Shown here one piece after another: positions 17,868 through 30,535 of a DNA stretch of 64,000 bases. The stretch lies in contig RHPI01000797.1 of the NCBI GenBank assembly GCA_009103225.1, forward strand, positions 843,723-907,722. The letters are read 5' to 3'. The translations under genes were made by a program, and so were the position numbers. Position 1 is the first letter of the stretch; each line of letters opens with the position of its first letter. This DNA is from Chlorokybus atmophyticus (Eukaryota > Plantae > Mesostigma and Chlorokybus algae). The notes beneath the pieces were generated by a model that had not been told where the DNA came from, ran no database searches, and worked only from the letters and a program-made list of their open reading frames with translations.

Positions 17868-19810
17868 CAATGAAGCCTGCGGTACGCAACCATAAGAAGT
17901 CTCCGCGACACACCAGCAACTCGCTCAGCAGCATCCTGCACATGACTCGTTGATCAGGTGTTCAAGCCACAATGTCCACTTCTCATTCAAGTCCCCTACC
18001 CTCCGCAGACTTTATAACGTTGAATGCATACTACAAGTGCATGGTTAGTACCTCAATGCGGGACAGGTTTCGTCGCACAGCTGTCTCATTGCGCGCAGAT
18101 CGAAACATTGTCAAGTATGCCGTCACAGCGCAGATCAATAGGAACAGAAAGCCCACGAAGAGCGCGGCGTAGACGCAACACCGAAGCTTCCGTGCGTGCT
18201 GAGCTTGCCTTGCTATGCTGCCCCACAGCGCAGGCTCTGCATACCCTGCAAGTTGTTGGTTTCAACATATGCTCAGATGAAGCACGACTGGGCACGCATA
18301 TTCACAATAAGTGTCAGCGCACTCAGGTCCTAAGTGACACCACAACATAGGCCTTGGCAGTGCCAAAGCACCATCTAGCCGCGATGGGTGGGAAAGTTCT
18401 TAACCCATGTGGCACGATAACCCAAAAACAGAGGGTGCTCGTAAGGCCAGCCTCACCTTGAACATGGGCAATCAGCTGCAGCTCAGATGACGCTCGCCCA
18501 TTTTCGCTGAAAAGCTGCCGCACCCGCTTTGTACCCAGCAGTCTGCACACAGGAGCAGCAACATCACTGGTTGAATCCTGTTGATTATCACACAAGATGC
18601 AGGACAATAAAGCCACCAGCAGAAAGTGCGCAAAGCAAGTGTGAGTTGCCTGACAATGGCACCATCACTGCAAGCACAATCTGTGCTTATGTCAACATGC
18701 GCAGGTCCATGCATGCAACCTGTGCCTGTGCACGCGTCACCTGGGCTGAGAATGCACTGCTGTGAATTCTCAGTTAGCAACACGTTTCCCTCAAGACAGC
18801 AACCCCTTTCCCTCAAGACAGCAACCAGCACATGCACTACAAGTGTGCATTCGGTTCCGCCAGTGACTCACAGCAGCAATTGCTGTCACTGGCGCATCCA
18901 AGCAAGCGGAATTTACAGCAGATATCAGGTCACAGGCTAACTGTCCTGTTGTTGCTGGGCTGAATGGCTTGGACAGGCAATGCAATGCAATAAATGATAC
19001 ACGACAGCTACATTCTCCTTCGCGTGCTGTCTCCAATCTTTATGGCAGACACTTATGACAATGGCTTTAAACCTCAGCATGCACGTGTTGCATGTGAAAA
19101 GAATGATGTGGAGATGACAGTCATAGCCAAGTGGTTGCTGAGTGATGATGATCCGAGCCTCACTTGTTGCCATGCAGGTCAGTGAGGTGCGTAATGCGAA
19201 TAAGGTGGTGAGTCTGGTGGAGGTAGTGCTCCGCCACCAGGGCCTCGAGGTCGTAGACGGTCATGTCGTCCTCCTCCAGGCCGGACACGTCCACCAGCAC
19301 GGGCCTTGACGGCCGACAGGTCATCCTCACCGCCACCCATCGCACCATCACACCAACGCAGCATCCACAAGTCACCTCTTCTCCATCAACCCAAGCTCAG
19401 CTCAAGCTAGCAGCGATTTGGGCTCAAAGCGTGGCCAGCCTGGCAGCAACAAGGCAGCAGCAGGCGCAACTCTCCTCCTAGCCTCTTCACAAAATCTTCC
19501 CCATCATCTCCTTCAACTTAGCAAGCAGGGCAGACGAGCCTAGGAAATACACACAGCAGGCACACTAACTACAGCTTACTGCTCCCAAGCAGCTGCGCTC
19601 CGAGGCAACTATTGCTACTGCTTATCAGCATCACACGCGCACATGACAACCGCAATGGCTACCCTTTGATGACAAACCCAGTGCAACTACCCTACTCCCT
19701 TCTCACCCACGTCGTCGTCCTTGTCTGCCACCTCCTCCCCCGCTGCCTCCGCCGCCGCCCGCAAGATCGCTCCGCACAACGTCAGCTGCCAGCTGGCAAC
19801 ACACTTGACC
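17868..19810 (-). CDS. Hypothetical multi-exon gene; exon chain not resolved; includes a probable transmembrane segment
   Basis: GC3-rich exon-like segment RPVLVDVSGLEEDDMTVYDLEALVAEHYLHQTHHLIRITHLTDLHGN with a GTGAG donor (~19160). AG/GT-bounded segment YAEPALWGS...YAALFVGFLFLLICAVTAYLTMF...RIE (~18050-18245). Possible last exon DAAERVAGVSRRLLMVAYRRLH*. Confidence 0.3.
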
Positions 19811-20589
19811 GCAGGTGAATTCCATATCTTCATTGAATGCTGCCAATGTAAACACTGTTGTGCTGTTTATGCCTATATGGCTGTCTGGGCATTCTTACTG
19901 TCAGTACTAAGTTAGGGTTTTGCAGCGGCGGCGGCGACGGCGGCCTTGAGGTGGCCGTGCGGCCGGAGCTGCGCAAACGAGGCTGTTGGAGGTCGTCGCT
20001 GAAGTAGGTGAAGTTGGCAGCAGATTGCTTCTTGTCTGCGAGTTGACGACAAAAGTAGTCTGGCATGTGCGCCATTTGCTTCTGAGAGAAGTTTGGCATA
20101 CAGTATGTTAAAGAATGTGCGGTTCTACTAGATTTTGCTTTTCTCAAGCCCGGCTCCCGTCCAACCTGTTCTCTGTATGCAACAGCTCCGGAGATAAGTT
20201 AAATTTGGATTTCTTGAGTTGTTCATGCTCTGAGTTAAGCATGTGTATGTTGATCTCGTTTGCAAGCTTGTGCAAGCTTCGGTATATGTTGCAGCGTGGA
20301 CAGCCACTTGTTCGATGTGTAGCTGAGTACAAGTATCACCCTTGGCATGTATGCATCTACAGATTTTGTTGATTGTGCAAGTTACGGCATTGCAGCGCAT
20401 TGAAGATGTGTCCATGGCACATAACTAAGGCATGCATCATCGTTTACCATCTGGTTCATTCATTCCTGCCAACACTACTTGCAGAGGGTTTTGTTTTCCA
20501 CATGCAGTGCGTTTTTTTCTGCGTGTGCATGTCGCTAAAACTCACTTCTTGCACAGTGGTAGCCAGTCTTTCTATGGTGCTGCATCCTC

Positions 20590-22049
20590 ATGCCCGACGT
20601 GAAGAACCTGCAGCTGGCCAAACCACCCGGCTCGTCTTCCCTGCGCAGGCTGCCTGATATTGCACCATCAATACCCTTTGCATACGGCACGGTTGCTTTC
20701 TGGCTTGGAAAGAAGGTACGCGCACAACAAATCAGCTCTGTATGCAGCGTGTATGACACAACATGACACACATAGCATCTACGGCTGTGGCCTGGCAGGC
20801 GGACGAATATCATTCGCACAGATGGACTTGCTATGTGCGGTCAACCGACAACACAGATGATTTGGCGTACATCATCAAGCGTGTGGTCTTTAACCTGCAC
20901 CCTTCCTTCGCCAAGCCTACTCGCGTTGTTGAACAGCCTCCCTTCCAAGTAGGCAGCTTTACCAGCCCTCACGCCTGGCTGTTTGTTGGTTGCATGACTC
21001 GTTGAATCAACTCTCTGTGACTTCGTGCAGGTGACAGAGACAGGCTGGGGTGAGTTTGAGATCGCCATCACTGTGTTCTTTCAAGGTGACGCAGCTGAGA
21101 AGCCAGTTGAGCTGTTTCATCACTTAAAGCTCTACCCCGAAGAAGAAGCTGGCCCGCCAAATACCAAGCGACCAGTACGTGCTTGTCACTCTTGTGTTCA
21201 TGGGTTGACCACTATCTCCAGACGTCGTTATCTGCATGAATCCAGTCGACACCCGGAGCGTTGTTACAACTGTCAACATACATTACAGCTTTATGCCACT
21301 GTTGTATGCTAGCTTTTTCTCATCCGCTACTGGTATGCTTGCGCTTAGCTGATTGCCAACGTGGCACAGGTGGTTGTGGAAAGCTACGATGAGTTTGTCT
21401 TTCCTGAGCCAACAGAAGCGTTCTACGCCCGTATCACGGCGCATGCAGTGGAGCGGGCTGCATTGGCAGAGCCTCCAAAAGGTTGGTTATCTTAGCAAGC
21501 ATCCTATCAACATTGCAAAGCGTCCTTGTGATTGTGAATTTGGTGACTGTTTGATGCATGCTTTGAAGTAATTGTTGCTTTATTGTAGATGACTTGTCAG
21601 ATCCAGTGTCTGCAAAAAGAAATCTCAACAGCATTGCAGCCGCCCAGGCAGCAAATTCCGCAGCCAATCCTACCGCCAAAACAGCTCAGGTAGGCTAGTG
21701 CACAGTTCCCGTGCTACTCTGCTCAACTGGCTGACAGCCTCTTTGGCGCTATTGTGTTCACTGATCGATCGCAGGAGGTTGGTTCGACGCCAATGATGGG
21801 GGTGTTGTGGCCTTTCTTTCACACGCATAGCGGTGCAGACGAACTAGCACGTGTCCAGGCAAGCATGGCTCGCTCGCTCGAGGTTTAGTTGCTGTTGCCT
21901 TATCATGTCAAGTTCATTGCTAATGCCCTCATGCTGCACTTTTGCAGGCAGCTCGACAGCAGGTATTGGAGGCTGCGCAGCAGATGCAGCAGCAGCTGGC
22001 AGCGTTGGAGGCAGAGATCAGGCACCTGCGAGGCATAGAAACCGTGTAA
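20590..22049 (+). CDS. YAF9: YEATS-domain protein (Yaf9/GAS41 family, NuA4/SWR1 subunit)
   Basis: [15 protein letters not shown]|[15 protein letters not shown]...[25 protein letters not shown]|[17 protein letters not shown]...[10 protein letters not shown]|[14 protein letters not shown], plus a C-terminal coiled coil; ATG 20590, TAA 22047-22049. Confidence 0.93.
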
Positions 22050-25000
22050 TTGCGGTTGTCTGCACCCTCTGGTATACAACGTCACACTATTTATTGTACA
22101 GATTGTTGTATGCGCATTTTGCTGCTTACTTCAGTTGCAACTTATATATTGCAGCTGATATGTACAGGATGTGCTCAAGGCAGTTTTGTATATGCAGTAT
22201 GCAGAAGCAAATAAGCGCACACATAGTGGAGTGGTGGGGGAAGAGAGGAGGTGTGGGGGGAGATTGGGAGGGAGAGAGCGGGTTGCGCTGCACCACACTG
22301 CATGTCATCCGCCTGCACATTAACGTCCTACTAACTGCAACAAGTATTGCACAGGTAATGACTGGACTCTACACAGCATGCATGCATGACTGACGGTGGT
22401 GGTGAGTAGGTAGATAAGTGTTAGGCATAGGAATGAGGCAGTGAGTGCAATGTATAGCCCAGTGGTTGTGTATGTATGATTGCATGCGTGGTAGAGTGCA
22501 ATGTCACATGACGTGTGCATGCCATGTGTATGGTTGCCTTGCATGCATGACATCCCCATTGCATCTTGTAAACACAAACAGCATGCAAGCATGGTCATAT
22601 GCCATCAATGGGCTAAGATCCATTGCTTGTTGCTACCTAACACGCTACATTAGCCTATACCTCCCCGTTAGACATGCATACATGTTAGTGTCCATTACCT
22701 GCACGACAGGCAGGTATAATGATACGCAAACGTGCAGTTTGCAGCTTCCGTTAATTGCCGCTCGTACATTGCAACCTATATGTTTCCTGATGCGCGAGCT
22801 CTGCTACTGTTAAGCAGTGTTCTGTGTGGTGTGGTGGGGACGGTCAGATCTCGCCCCGAGTGCTACACATCATGCGGCAGTTGCCTATGTATGTGATCTG
22901 GTTTGTGCAAAGGCATGTGAGCCCCTTAGCTAGGTGGTGTGCTCAAGTTGTAATGTAATGATCTGAACGGTGCCTTTACTGTTTTGCTGTGTTCATACTA
23001 TAAATGCTTTGTCAACCTCATTGCTATACCCTATGTAAGCACTAGGTAATATTGATGCAGATGCGTCATTGTGCTGAGACAAAAAGGGCAAGCAGGTAGT
23101 GGTGGACACAGCTATAGACGTATAAACGCGTACTCGGTATAAGCACTATGCAGTGTTACTCATTATCTCATTGCGCCTGGCATTGTGTGTGAATTTGCAT
23201 TGGGTGCCAGCCGCGTTTTGTATGCATGTGCATTAAAGCGTACACCAACACACCCATCCCCACCGTAAATTCGCAATTTATATTGGTTGCTACATTGGCA
23301 TATGCTGATGATGTGCATATTTTGATGCATATGTTGCACTATAAACGGTAAGTAGTATATGAAGAAGAAATAAGATACTGATACACTTATCTAATCCTTG
23401 CAAAAATATCTAACCGACCAAGTGTTGAACACTAGGTTGATTGATATTGTACATATGTCCAATGCAGTAAATGTCGAGTAACATAACACAATATATGTGG
23501 ACTTGTAAAGACCCATGAAAAGACAGCACCATATATGTGTGCTAACATCATGATGTCGAAGAGTGCATGGGAGTATACATAATTAATCACTTGTTTGATT
23601 AAGTGGTAAAAGAGTGTGGCGCAAACATCTTGAAACGCTTTTAACAGCAGGCTTTTGTCATGGTTGCTCAACGTACAGGATATGCTAGTAGTTGTAGATA
23701 TGCATGACATCACTCACAACATGCCAAACAGCATGCACCCCACACAACCAACCACCAGCGCTGACCCACGCCCACGCCCTGCCTGCAGGTACAGCCAACG
23801 GGCCTTGCTGGCTGTACGTCGTCGTTGCTGTCGTCGTTCCCTTGCTGTTAAGTTACATAGAAGCATTATGCCCCTAGCTAAGCCCTCTGAGGAATAAAGC
23901 TCTGGGTGGGTGCGTGGGTGGCTGTGCGTGTGGGATTGTAGATCGCCATGTGTGGCATAGCATGCAGTGCATGAATGAAGCACCATATCAGATATATGCA
24001 AGCTCATGGTAACACAATCACCGGGCTATGCACACTGTTTGTTTAAAGCTCACTACATTACATAAAATTAAACCTCCCCGTTAAGCATGCATACATGCGT
24101 ATTGGTAGTGCATTACTCGCCCACACGGTGTGCTATAATGTCATTGGTTAAACAACAACATCCCATATATGATGTCGATGTGTGCGCAAGTGAACAGTGA
24201 AATGTGTTTGTCAGCACGTGTCGATGCAATTATGAGGCTACCAACTCATCATATGTTTATCATATCATAAATTACTTAACAATTGCTTAATACCCTTAAG
24301 TTTTAACCATGACGTGCTGCAATATTGATTGAATTGTTATAGCATTCACATCACGAGAGGGGCGCTAGACAATACATTGCGATATTTCTGTAACAATTTT
24401 TAAAGTTTCTGTAGGTGTCTTTTTAATTTTTGATTGTGGCACGAATATAAAACATTACTACACAGATTGCAAACCGGTGGCCAACAATAATCACATGGTC
24501 AGAACCTTTTTGGACCGGCGAAATATAATGTGATGGCATGCTTGATGTTAAATAATATGCACATATACCATAATATGCATTTCATTGGGTCACATAGTTT
24601 TTTGATGGTATTTATTATAAATCTTACAAGGTGATACAGCAGCCAAAAACAATGCCCCTGTACATCCATACATAATTTATAACATGTTTATTGCTTAATG
24701 ACGTATTATAAACATTATAGTGTAATGCTTGTTTGTATGACGTACTTAACACCTGTAAGTTAGGGGCCCTAACTTGCAGCCTGTAACACCTGCAACAGGC
24801 GGACCAAGGAATATATGCACGTAAATTGGAAACGCACAGTGGAACGGAGTTTCCTCCGAATTTCGCCAGTATGTGTTTCGTCGTTGGTATCGCCATGTTT
24901 CACCAGAGTGGTGCTGCATGGCGATTTGGCGAAATCCTGCAAATGCATGAGGCATACGTGACACTTGCATGACGCATGCTCGTACGCGTGACGCATTACA

Positions 25001-25311
25001 TGTAGTATTGCATGTTCACTATGTGTGTGACGCAATACTACGATACAGCAGGTTTTGCACAAACACATCAGTATAAGGTCATATACATTGCAACTAGCGG
25101 TGCGGCTGATTGGGCGACAGATCGAACGGCCGATACCTATTGACGCCTAACCAATGAGAGGCAGGCAGGCCGCGCAGCCCGGCAGTCGCGGGTGCCGTAT
25201 GTAACTGGCCGTCGTGCGTGGGGCGCGGTGATGTGTCTGGGTGCACTTCGCCGGCCGGCCCAGCCACAACAAATCTCGCCGAATGATACGCGACGCGCGG
25301 CTTTGCAGCAC

Positions 25312-25420
25312 AGCATATGGCGTCACTTGATCACATATCGTATGATGTGCTAGCATACGACATCATATGTCGCGATATGCTCTACAGCATATGTTGGATA
25401 TCACACATATGGTGTCCGCA
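25312..25420. repeat. 10-bp-period CATATG/CATATC array A1
   Basis: gcatatggcg..acatatcgta..gcatacgaca tcatatgtcg cgatatgctc.. Confidence 0.75.
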
Positions 25421-25523
25421 TGGAATGCGCTTCAGTTTAGGTCAATCAAACATGATTTTCGGTTCCGTCATATTAACTGAGGTTATCCGTCACATTTTAA
25501 CTGAACTCTGCCAATCAAACACT

Positions 25524-25628
25524 TATGACATGCGACATCGCACCATATCGTTCCATATCATAACATGTGTTGTCACAGCGGACATATGCCGGCATATGAT
25601 GTCATATGACGTAATATGGCGCGGCGTC
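25524..25628. repeat. 10-bp-period array A2; left arm of an imperfect inverted repeat with 28097-28198
   Basis: ccatatcgtt ccatatcata ... catatgccgg catatgatgt catatgacgt aatatggcgc. The reverse complement aligns to array B with two exact 16-mers (catatgacatcatatg and atgttatgatatggaa). Confidence 0.85.
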
Positions 25629-25867
25629 GCTGGACATCGTGAGTTCCCTGTGCAACATGTTAACAGAGATTCAGTCAAACTGTGTTTCGTGCGTAATGTG
25701 CCTGCGTATGATGGGATATCATACGCGCCCGGGCGATATGATCGATGATTACCACGGCCCGGAAACCAAGTTGCATGCAAGCTCTTGGACAGCAGTGACG
25801 CCAAGATTGTCGAGCTTAGCGGCCGCGTTGTTCGTTTGTGCATTGCGTCGTCTTCTTTCTCAGGTCC

Positions 25868-28123
25868 ATGGCGGGTTCTCGGCGTGTTGCCACCTTCGAA
25901 AATTACTTCGTCCGTTGCATCTATGGCTGCAACCTCACGGGCCTACACAAAGGCTGGATCGCCAGAGTGGGAGTGCAAAATTTCAGGTCTCACCTTACTA
26001 GCGGTGTTCACGAGGACGCCTTCAATGCATTAACACGCCAACAGCAAGACGACTTGCTGAAGTACTGGTTGGATCTGGTGAGTCCTGCATGGTAGCATGC
26101 ATTGTGCATGTTTGAATAGTAAACTGTTCCACAGCTTGAGAGTTCAACAATGCGCAATGTCATTGTCAATTTACTTTGAGTGCATGTTGCTGTTTGCATA
26201 ATGGCACATGGGATGGACTTATGTGGGATTGTAATCATCTATGTACTTGTTGCCACTTAGGGTCGGGCTGCAGTGGCACGACACAACTTCAATCCTACTG
26301 TGGGTGCCTTTATGCCAGTTGCTGGAACGTGGCCTTTGCAGCAACCAACCCCCCTGCCACCGTCGCTGCATGATGTTCTGCACCCTGTCGAAATCTTATA
26401 CGATCCTAATCTTATTGAAGACTCCAATGCCAGTGCCTTGACGGTGCCCACAGGTATGTGACTGCTTCGTGGTGACAGTAACGGTTTCATTGAATGCATG
26501 TATCCCAACAGGTCTTCGTGTGACTCCGTCTAAGCGCCGTAGGAATTTGTCTATGGCGCCTGATACTCCCACCACGTCTTATGTCACTGACGCTGAAACA
26601 GGTGATCAATGTCATCGTTGCAGAGGTTCCCACCTGATCCGTGAATTATATGAACGCAGGGGAAGCAATGCCGCGGTTGCCAACTCACCAATTTACACCT
26701 GAGCTTATGCGTGCTGCTATCGACACCTTCAGTGGCCACCTGACTCGTGAAGTACAAAACAACGCTCGTCTACAAAACGAAAGTAAGGGAAATTGTGGCA
26801 TTGTTTTGACACACACCACTGATGGCATTGTTGGCAGATTTCAAACTAGTTGACGAGAACACAGTCCTTCGCGAGCGTAACCTGAAGCAAGCAGAGCAGC
26901 TACGCCGCAACCAGACACAGCCTGTTCCCCAGATCGCTGCAAAGCTGTTGAAAATGATCAGTGAAATCAATGGTCTGCGTGCAGGCCATGCTGCTGCAGA
27001 ACAACGCTCTGCTGACCTGGAGCGTGCATTACACGAAGAGCGTGCTGAGCACGTTAAAATGACAGAAAGTGTCAAAAACGCAGACGCAGCAAGCATCGTG
27101 GGTTTACGCAAGCAGCTGACAGAAGTTCAGCGCAGGGCCACACAGTTGCAGCAACACAATGAGCGTAATGATGCAAGATTGGCGCGCCTGCAATGCCAGA
27201 TTGGAGAAGCCAACCAGACAATTGCTGCACAAAAAAAAAAGGTGTGTGTTGCTGCACTGTTAGATTTTCCAGCAACTGACATTCTGTTGTAGATCTCAGA
27301 GTTGACAAGCGTCCTGCGTCTTCAAACGGCAAACTGGCGATTTCGTGAGCGTGTTGAACCCAATGGCGTGCAGTTCGAGAGCTTCCAGCAGGAACTGGAA
27401 GTCACCAGAAAGGAGTTGGACAGCTTGGCAAAATACATGTTGAAAGAGATCGACCTTGACGGACAGGTACTGAACAATTACAATTATGACAATTATCAAC
27501 AAATGCAACACCTTGGTGTTCATTGGTTGGTGTGCCAGGTATCGCTCCTCAATCGCAGAGATGTTAAAAGGCAGCTGCAACTGCAACTATACCAAACACT
27601 ATGGGAGAAGCTTTGTACCTACCTCTGCACAGTTGCCCCGTTGTTGCGTGAAGCAGCAACAACCGAAGAAATGCAGCAACATGTGCGCCAGGACTACAAG
27701 GGCAAGCGCGTGGTAGACAGTGAAGACAACACATGCGGGATCTGTTGCGAGCAGAAGCCAGTGGAAGTGTTGTTACCAATGCCATGTTGCGGAGCTACAC
27801 TGTGCCGTCAGTGCTTGAAGAAGCTGCGCACAGGATCTCACCCTCAAGTTGAGTGTCCTTTCTGCCGCCGCTTTCAACTTATTTTTATGCAGCGCCCACC
27901 ACGTGGTGTAGAGCTCCCCGATTTCCCTGTATGTGAACTCAGCAGCAGTGACGATGATGAGGATGTTGACACACACAATACCGGTGCTGCTGGCGCTGGG
28001 CCTTCGCAGCCACCCCCCCCCCTGAGTAGACCTGTATCATGGAACCCGTTTTGCTTGTGTGTTAACATGACGCACAGGGAACTCACAATGTCCATTGACG
28101 TCGCGCGACATTTTGCCATATGA
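25868..28123 (+). CDS. Coiled-coil + RING-finger protein (putative E3 ligase) with an N-terminal C2H2-like motif; 6-7 exons
   Basis: Phase-compatible GT-AG exons: MAGSRR...CIYGC...FRSHLTSGVH...YWLDL | GRAAVARH...VPT | GLRVTPSKRRR...AET | GEAMPR...NE | FKLVDEN...(coiled coil)...QKKK | ISELTS...DGQ | VSLL...CGICCEQKPVEVLLPMPCCGATLCRQCLKKLRTGSHPQVECPFCRR, followed by an acidic tail. Confidence 0.8.
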
Positions 28124-28198
28124 CATCATATGTTGGCATATCAATCGCTGGGTCACCATATGTTATGATATGGAATGGCATGGGGCAGTGTCGCATGA
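28097..28198. repeat. 10-bp-period array B; right arm of the inverted repeat
   Basis: catatgacat catatgttgg catatcaatc ... catatgttat gatatggaat. Confidence 0.85.
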
Positions 28199-28336
28199 CG
28201 AGTTCTTGCATACGTAGCATACGTACATTTATGAAGCTCACCACCAATATGCACCCATTGATTATATCGACACCAAAGCATGGTGTCACACAAACTGTCC
28301 AACACACATGGTGACCTACTCAAACAACAGCCAGTT

Positions 28337-29834
28337 TCACTCTTTTTTCTTTTTCTTATTGCCAAAACCGCTACCACTACGTCGGCGCGCCCAAAATGCT
28401 TTGAACCTCGCTGGGTTGCCTTCATCCATATTGTAACCTTTGCACCCTCGAGAGTCGTATTGGGCGATATACATAGCTTCTAACCAATCTATTCGCGCCT
28501 TGCAATGTCCTTTATCTAATACTTCCAACTGCACTTGCTCTTCAAAAGGTTTACTGCTATCTAAGTCAGGCAACATTTTCTTAGGCGGGTGTCTACGATG
28601 TTCCTTATAACGTCGACCTGGGTGGTTACTTTGACCGATATATACTTTCTGTGTTGCCACATGCGTCAACTTGTAGATAAACTTCACACCTGTGTTTATG
28701 GGTTGCGCACGTTTTTTGAGTTACGTGCAGAGGCGCGAATGTTGGTGTTGGCATTGATGCTGTTTCTTGCTGCCGAGGATCGCAGGATCATCTGGACCTC
28801 ATCGTTTACCTGCAAAGAACAATGGTACTATGAATGCTGCAGTACACATCCGAGATTGATGTTGAATATGGAACATATATGCGTAGCGAAGTAGAAGCAA
28901 GGCAACAGACCACGGGTACAGGATATGAACAAAGGGAGCCAATGCAAAAACAGAAGTGTAACAAAAGATGGAGCGACTGCATGGGTTCTGGCTTGATGTG
29001 CCCATTGTTGTTGAACTCTGCTACGCAACCATAGCATTCTCACGCATCGCGACTAATCTTGGCAAGCACAGTAATCCCATCATCAACTTGGATAACCACA
29101 CACCTCATTGGCAGCAACATTTGCTACTGGAGCTTCCCTTGGGTCTGCTTTGTTGATTTGCTCAATGATTTTTTCTGCCTTTCCTTGCGACATGAAACGC
29201 GCTGTCTCCCAGTTGCAAACTTTGCGAATGTGAACCAGCTCGAACACCTGTGAAACATCTGTTAAGTACAGGTATTTGGCCAATGACCCAGTGTCACATT
29301 GATACATACCTGATTAGCGTAAATTGGCTCTGCATTATCAGGAAGCTCTGGGTTGTCCTTGCGCATCAGAGTGTCCCACAGCTTGTAAGCTACTTGGCGC
29401 TTCAGGTCATCAGAAATGTCGATGCCGAGCTTTCTGAGGTAGTAGATGCATGTTCCTACACATACTTGCATCAGTTAACACATGCACCACAGTGTGTCAG
29501 TGTACATTTTCCGCTTCTCACCAGTTGCAATAGAGTCCCCGTGGTTTATGCGAAACTCTTGAGCTCTCTCTTTGGCAGGGCGAATTAACTTATCGGCCTC
29601 TGGCTTGGTGAATAGCCCCTCAAGCTTGTCGGGAGTGATTCCTGCTGAGTCACATGCTACCAGTTGTTTCGCTGTCAGCGGACGACCAGGCGCATCACCT
29701 CCAGAGCTACTGGTACGTGGACGCTTAGAGCCAGGTTCGTCATTGGAAATTTGAGCGTGGAGCCTCTCGAACAGGTCTTTTCCGTTAAAGTCCATGCTGT
29801 CAACCAAGTGCATTGTCAATGTAACGCTCGCCAA
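28337..29834 (-). CDS. GIY-YIG endonuclease with N-terminal degenerate helical repeats; five exons, ~345 aa
   Basis: Last exon KFIYKLTHVATQKVYIGQSNHPGRRYKEH...LEAMYI...GYN (GIY, YIG, Arg, Glu and Asn motifs). Exons 29834-29522, 29455-29310, 29247-29104, 28809-28725 and 28689-28337 all join in frame at GT-AG sites. One intron is only 35 nt, and the start codon is uncertain. Confidence 0.78.
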
Positions 29835-30242
29835 CTAATGACTCACAGGTTCGAGATCAAACAGAGGCCAACTGAGCCACGTTGTTACCTGTGTCTGGCT
29901 GAGGTGACAGTTTCCGACGATGGGCAGGTGTCTGAGGCAGGTGATGCGACAGGCATGTATGCACAGTGCCCTGCGACTTGATGTTTCAACTGGTGTACAT
30001 TTACAGCAGCGCCAGATATATTGCCTATGTATATCTGCGTGGCAAGGAAAAGGGTCTGTGTCGGCAGAACACCACGTGCTAAGCCATGCCGCCATGGGAT
30101 TGGTCAGAAGAGTTGATGGGGTGGAGGAGATGATTGCATACAAAGCATGGTTGGATGACGGGTGATACGGCAATCAACTGAATGTGCCATGTCATCAAAC
30201 CGTACATGCGTACAGTGTGGTCATGAGATGCAGTTCATCTTA

Positions 30243-30530
30243 CGCGATATGGTTCCATATCGTCGAACATGGAACCATATAACGCAATGTTTTGCAACAT
30301 CGTTCATTCATGCACAAACATCATGCGATATCCGTTGATATCAAACAACGTTGCGCAACAGCGTACCATGTCGCCTAAAGCAATATCGTCCAACTTGGCA
30401 GCATGTAGTGCAATGTTGTGCAACATCGATCTAACATGCTCAAACACTCGCGATATGCGTCGATATCAAACAATGTTGCGCAACATCGTATCATATCGCC
30501 AAATGATGCAACATATGTCACACCATTGCG
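30243..30530. repeat. 10-bp-period array C with a ~127-bp higher-order duplication
   Basis: cgatatggtt ccatatcgtc gaacatggaa ccatataacg; the block caatgtt.tgcaacatcg...gcgatat.cgt.gatatcaaacaa.gttgcgcaaca occurs twice (~30284 and ~30411). Confidence 0.85.
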
Positions 30531-30535
30531 CAACA

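Noticed and set aside
29960-29990. KSQGT on the - strand as missing helicase motif V
   Set aside because: It lies in a short frame bounded by stops, with no preceding PLxLAYA or following YVALSR; likely chance.
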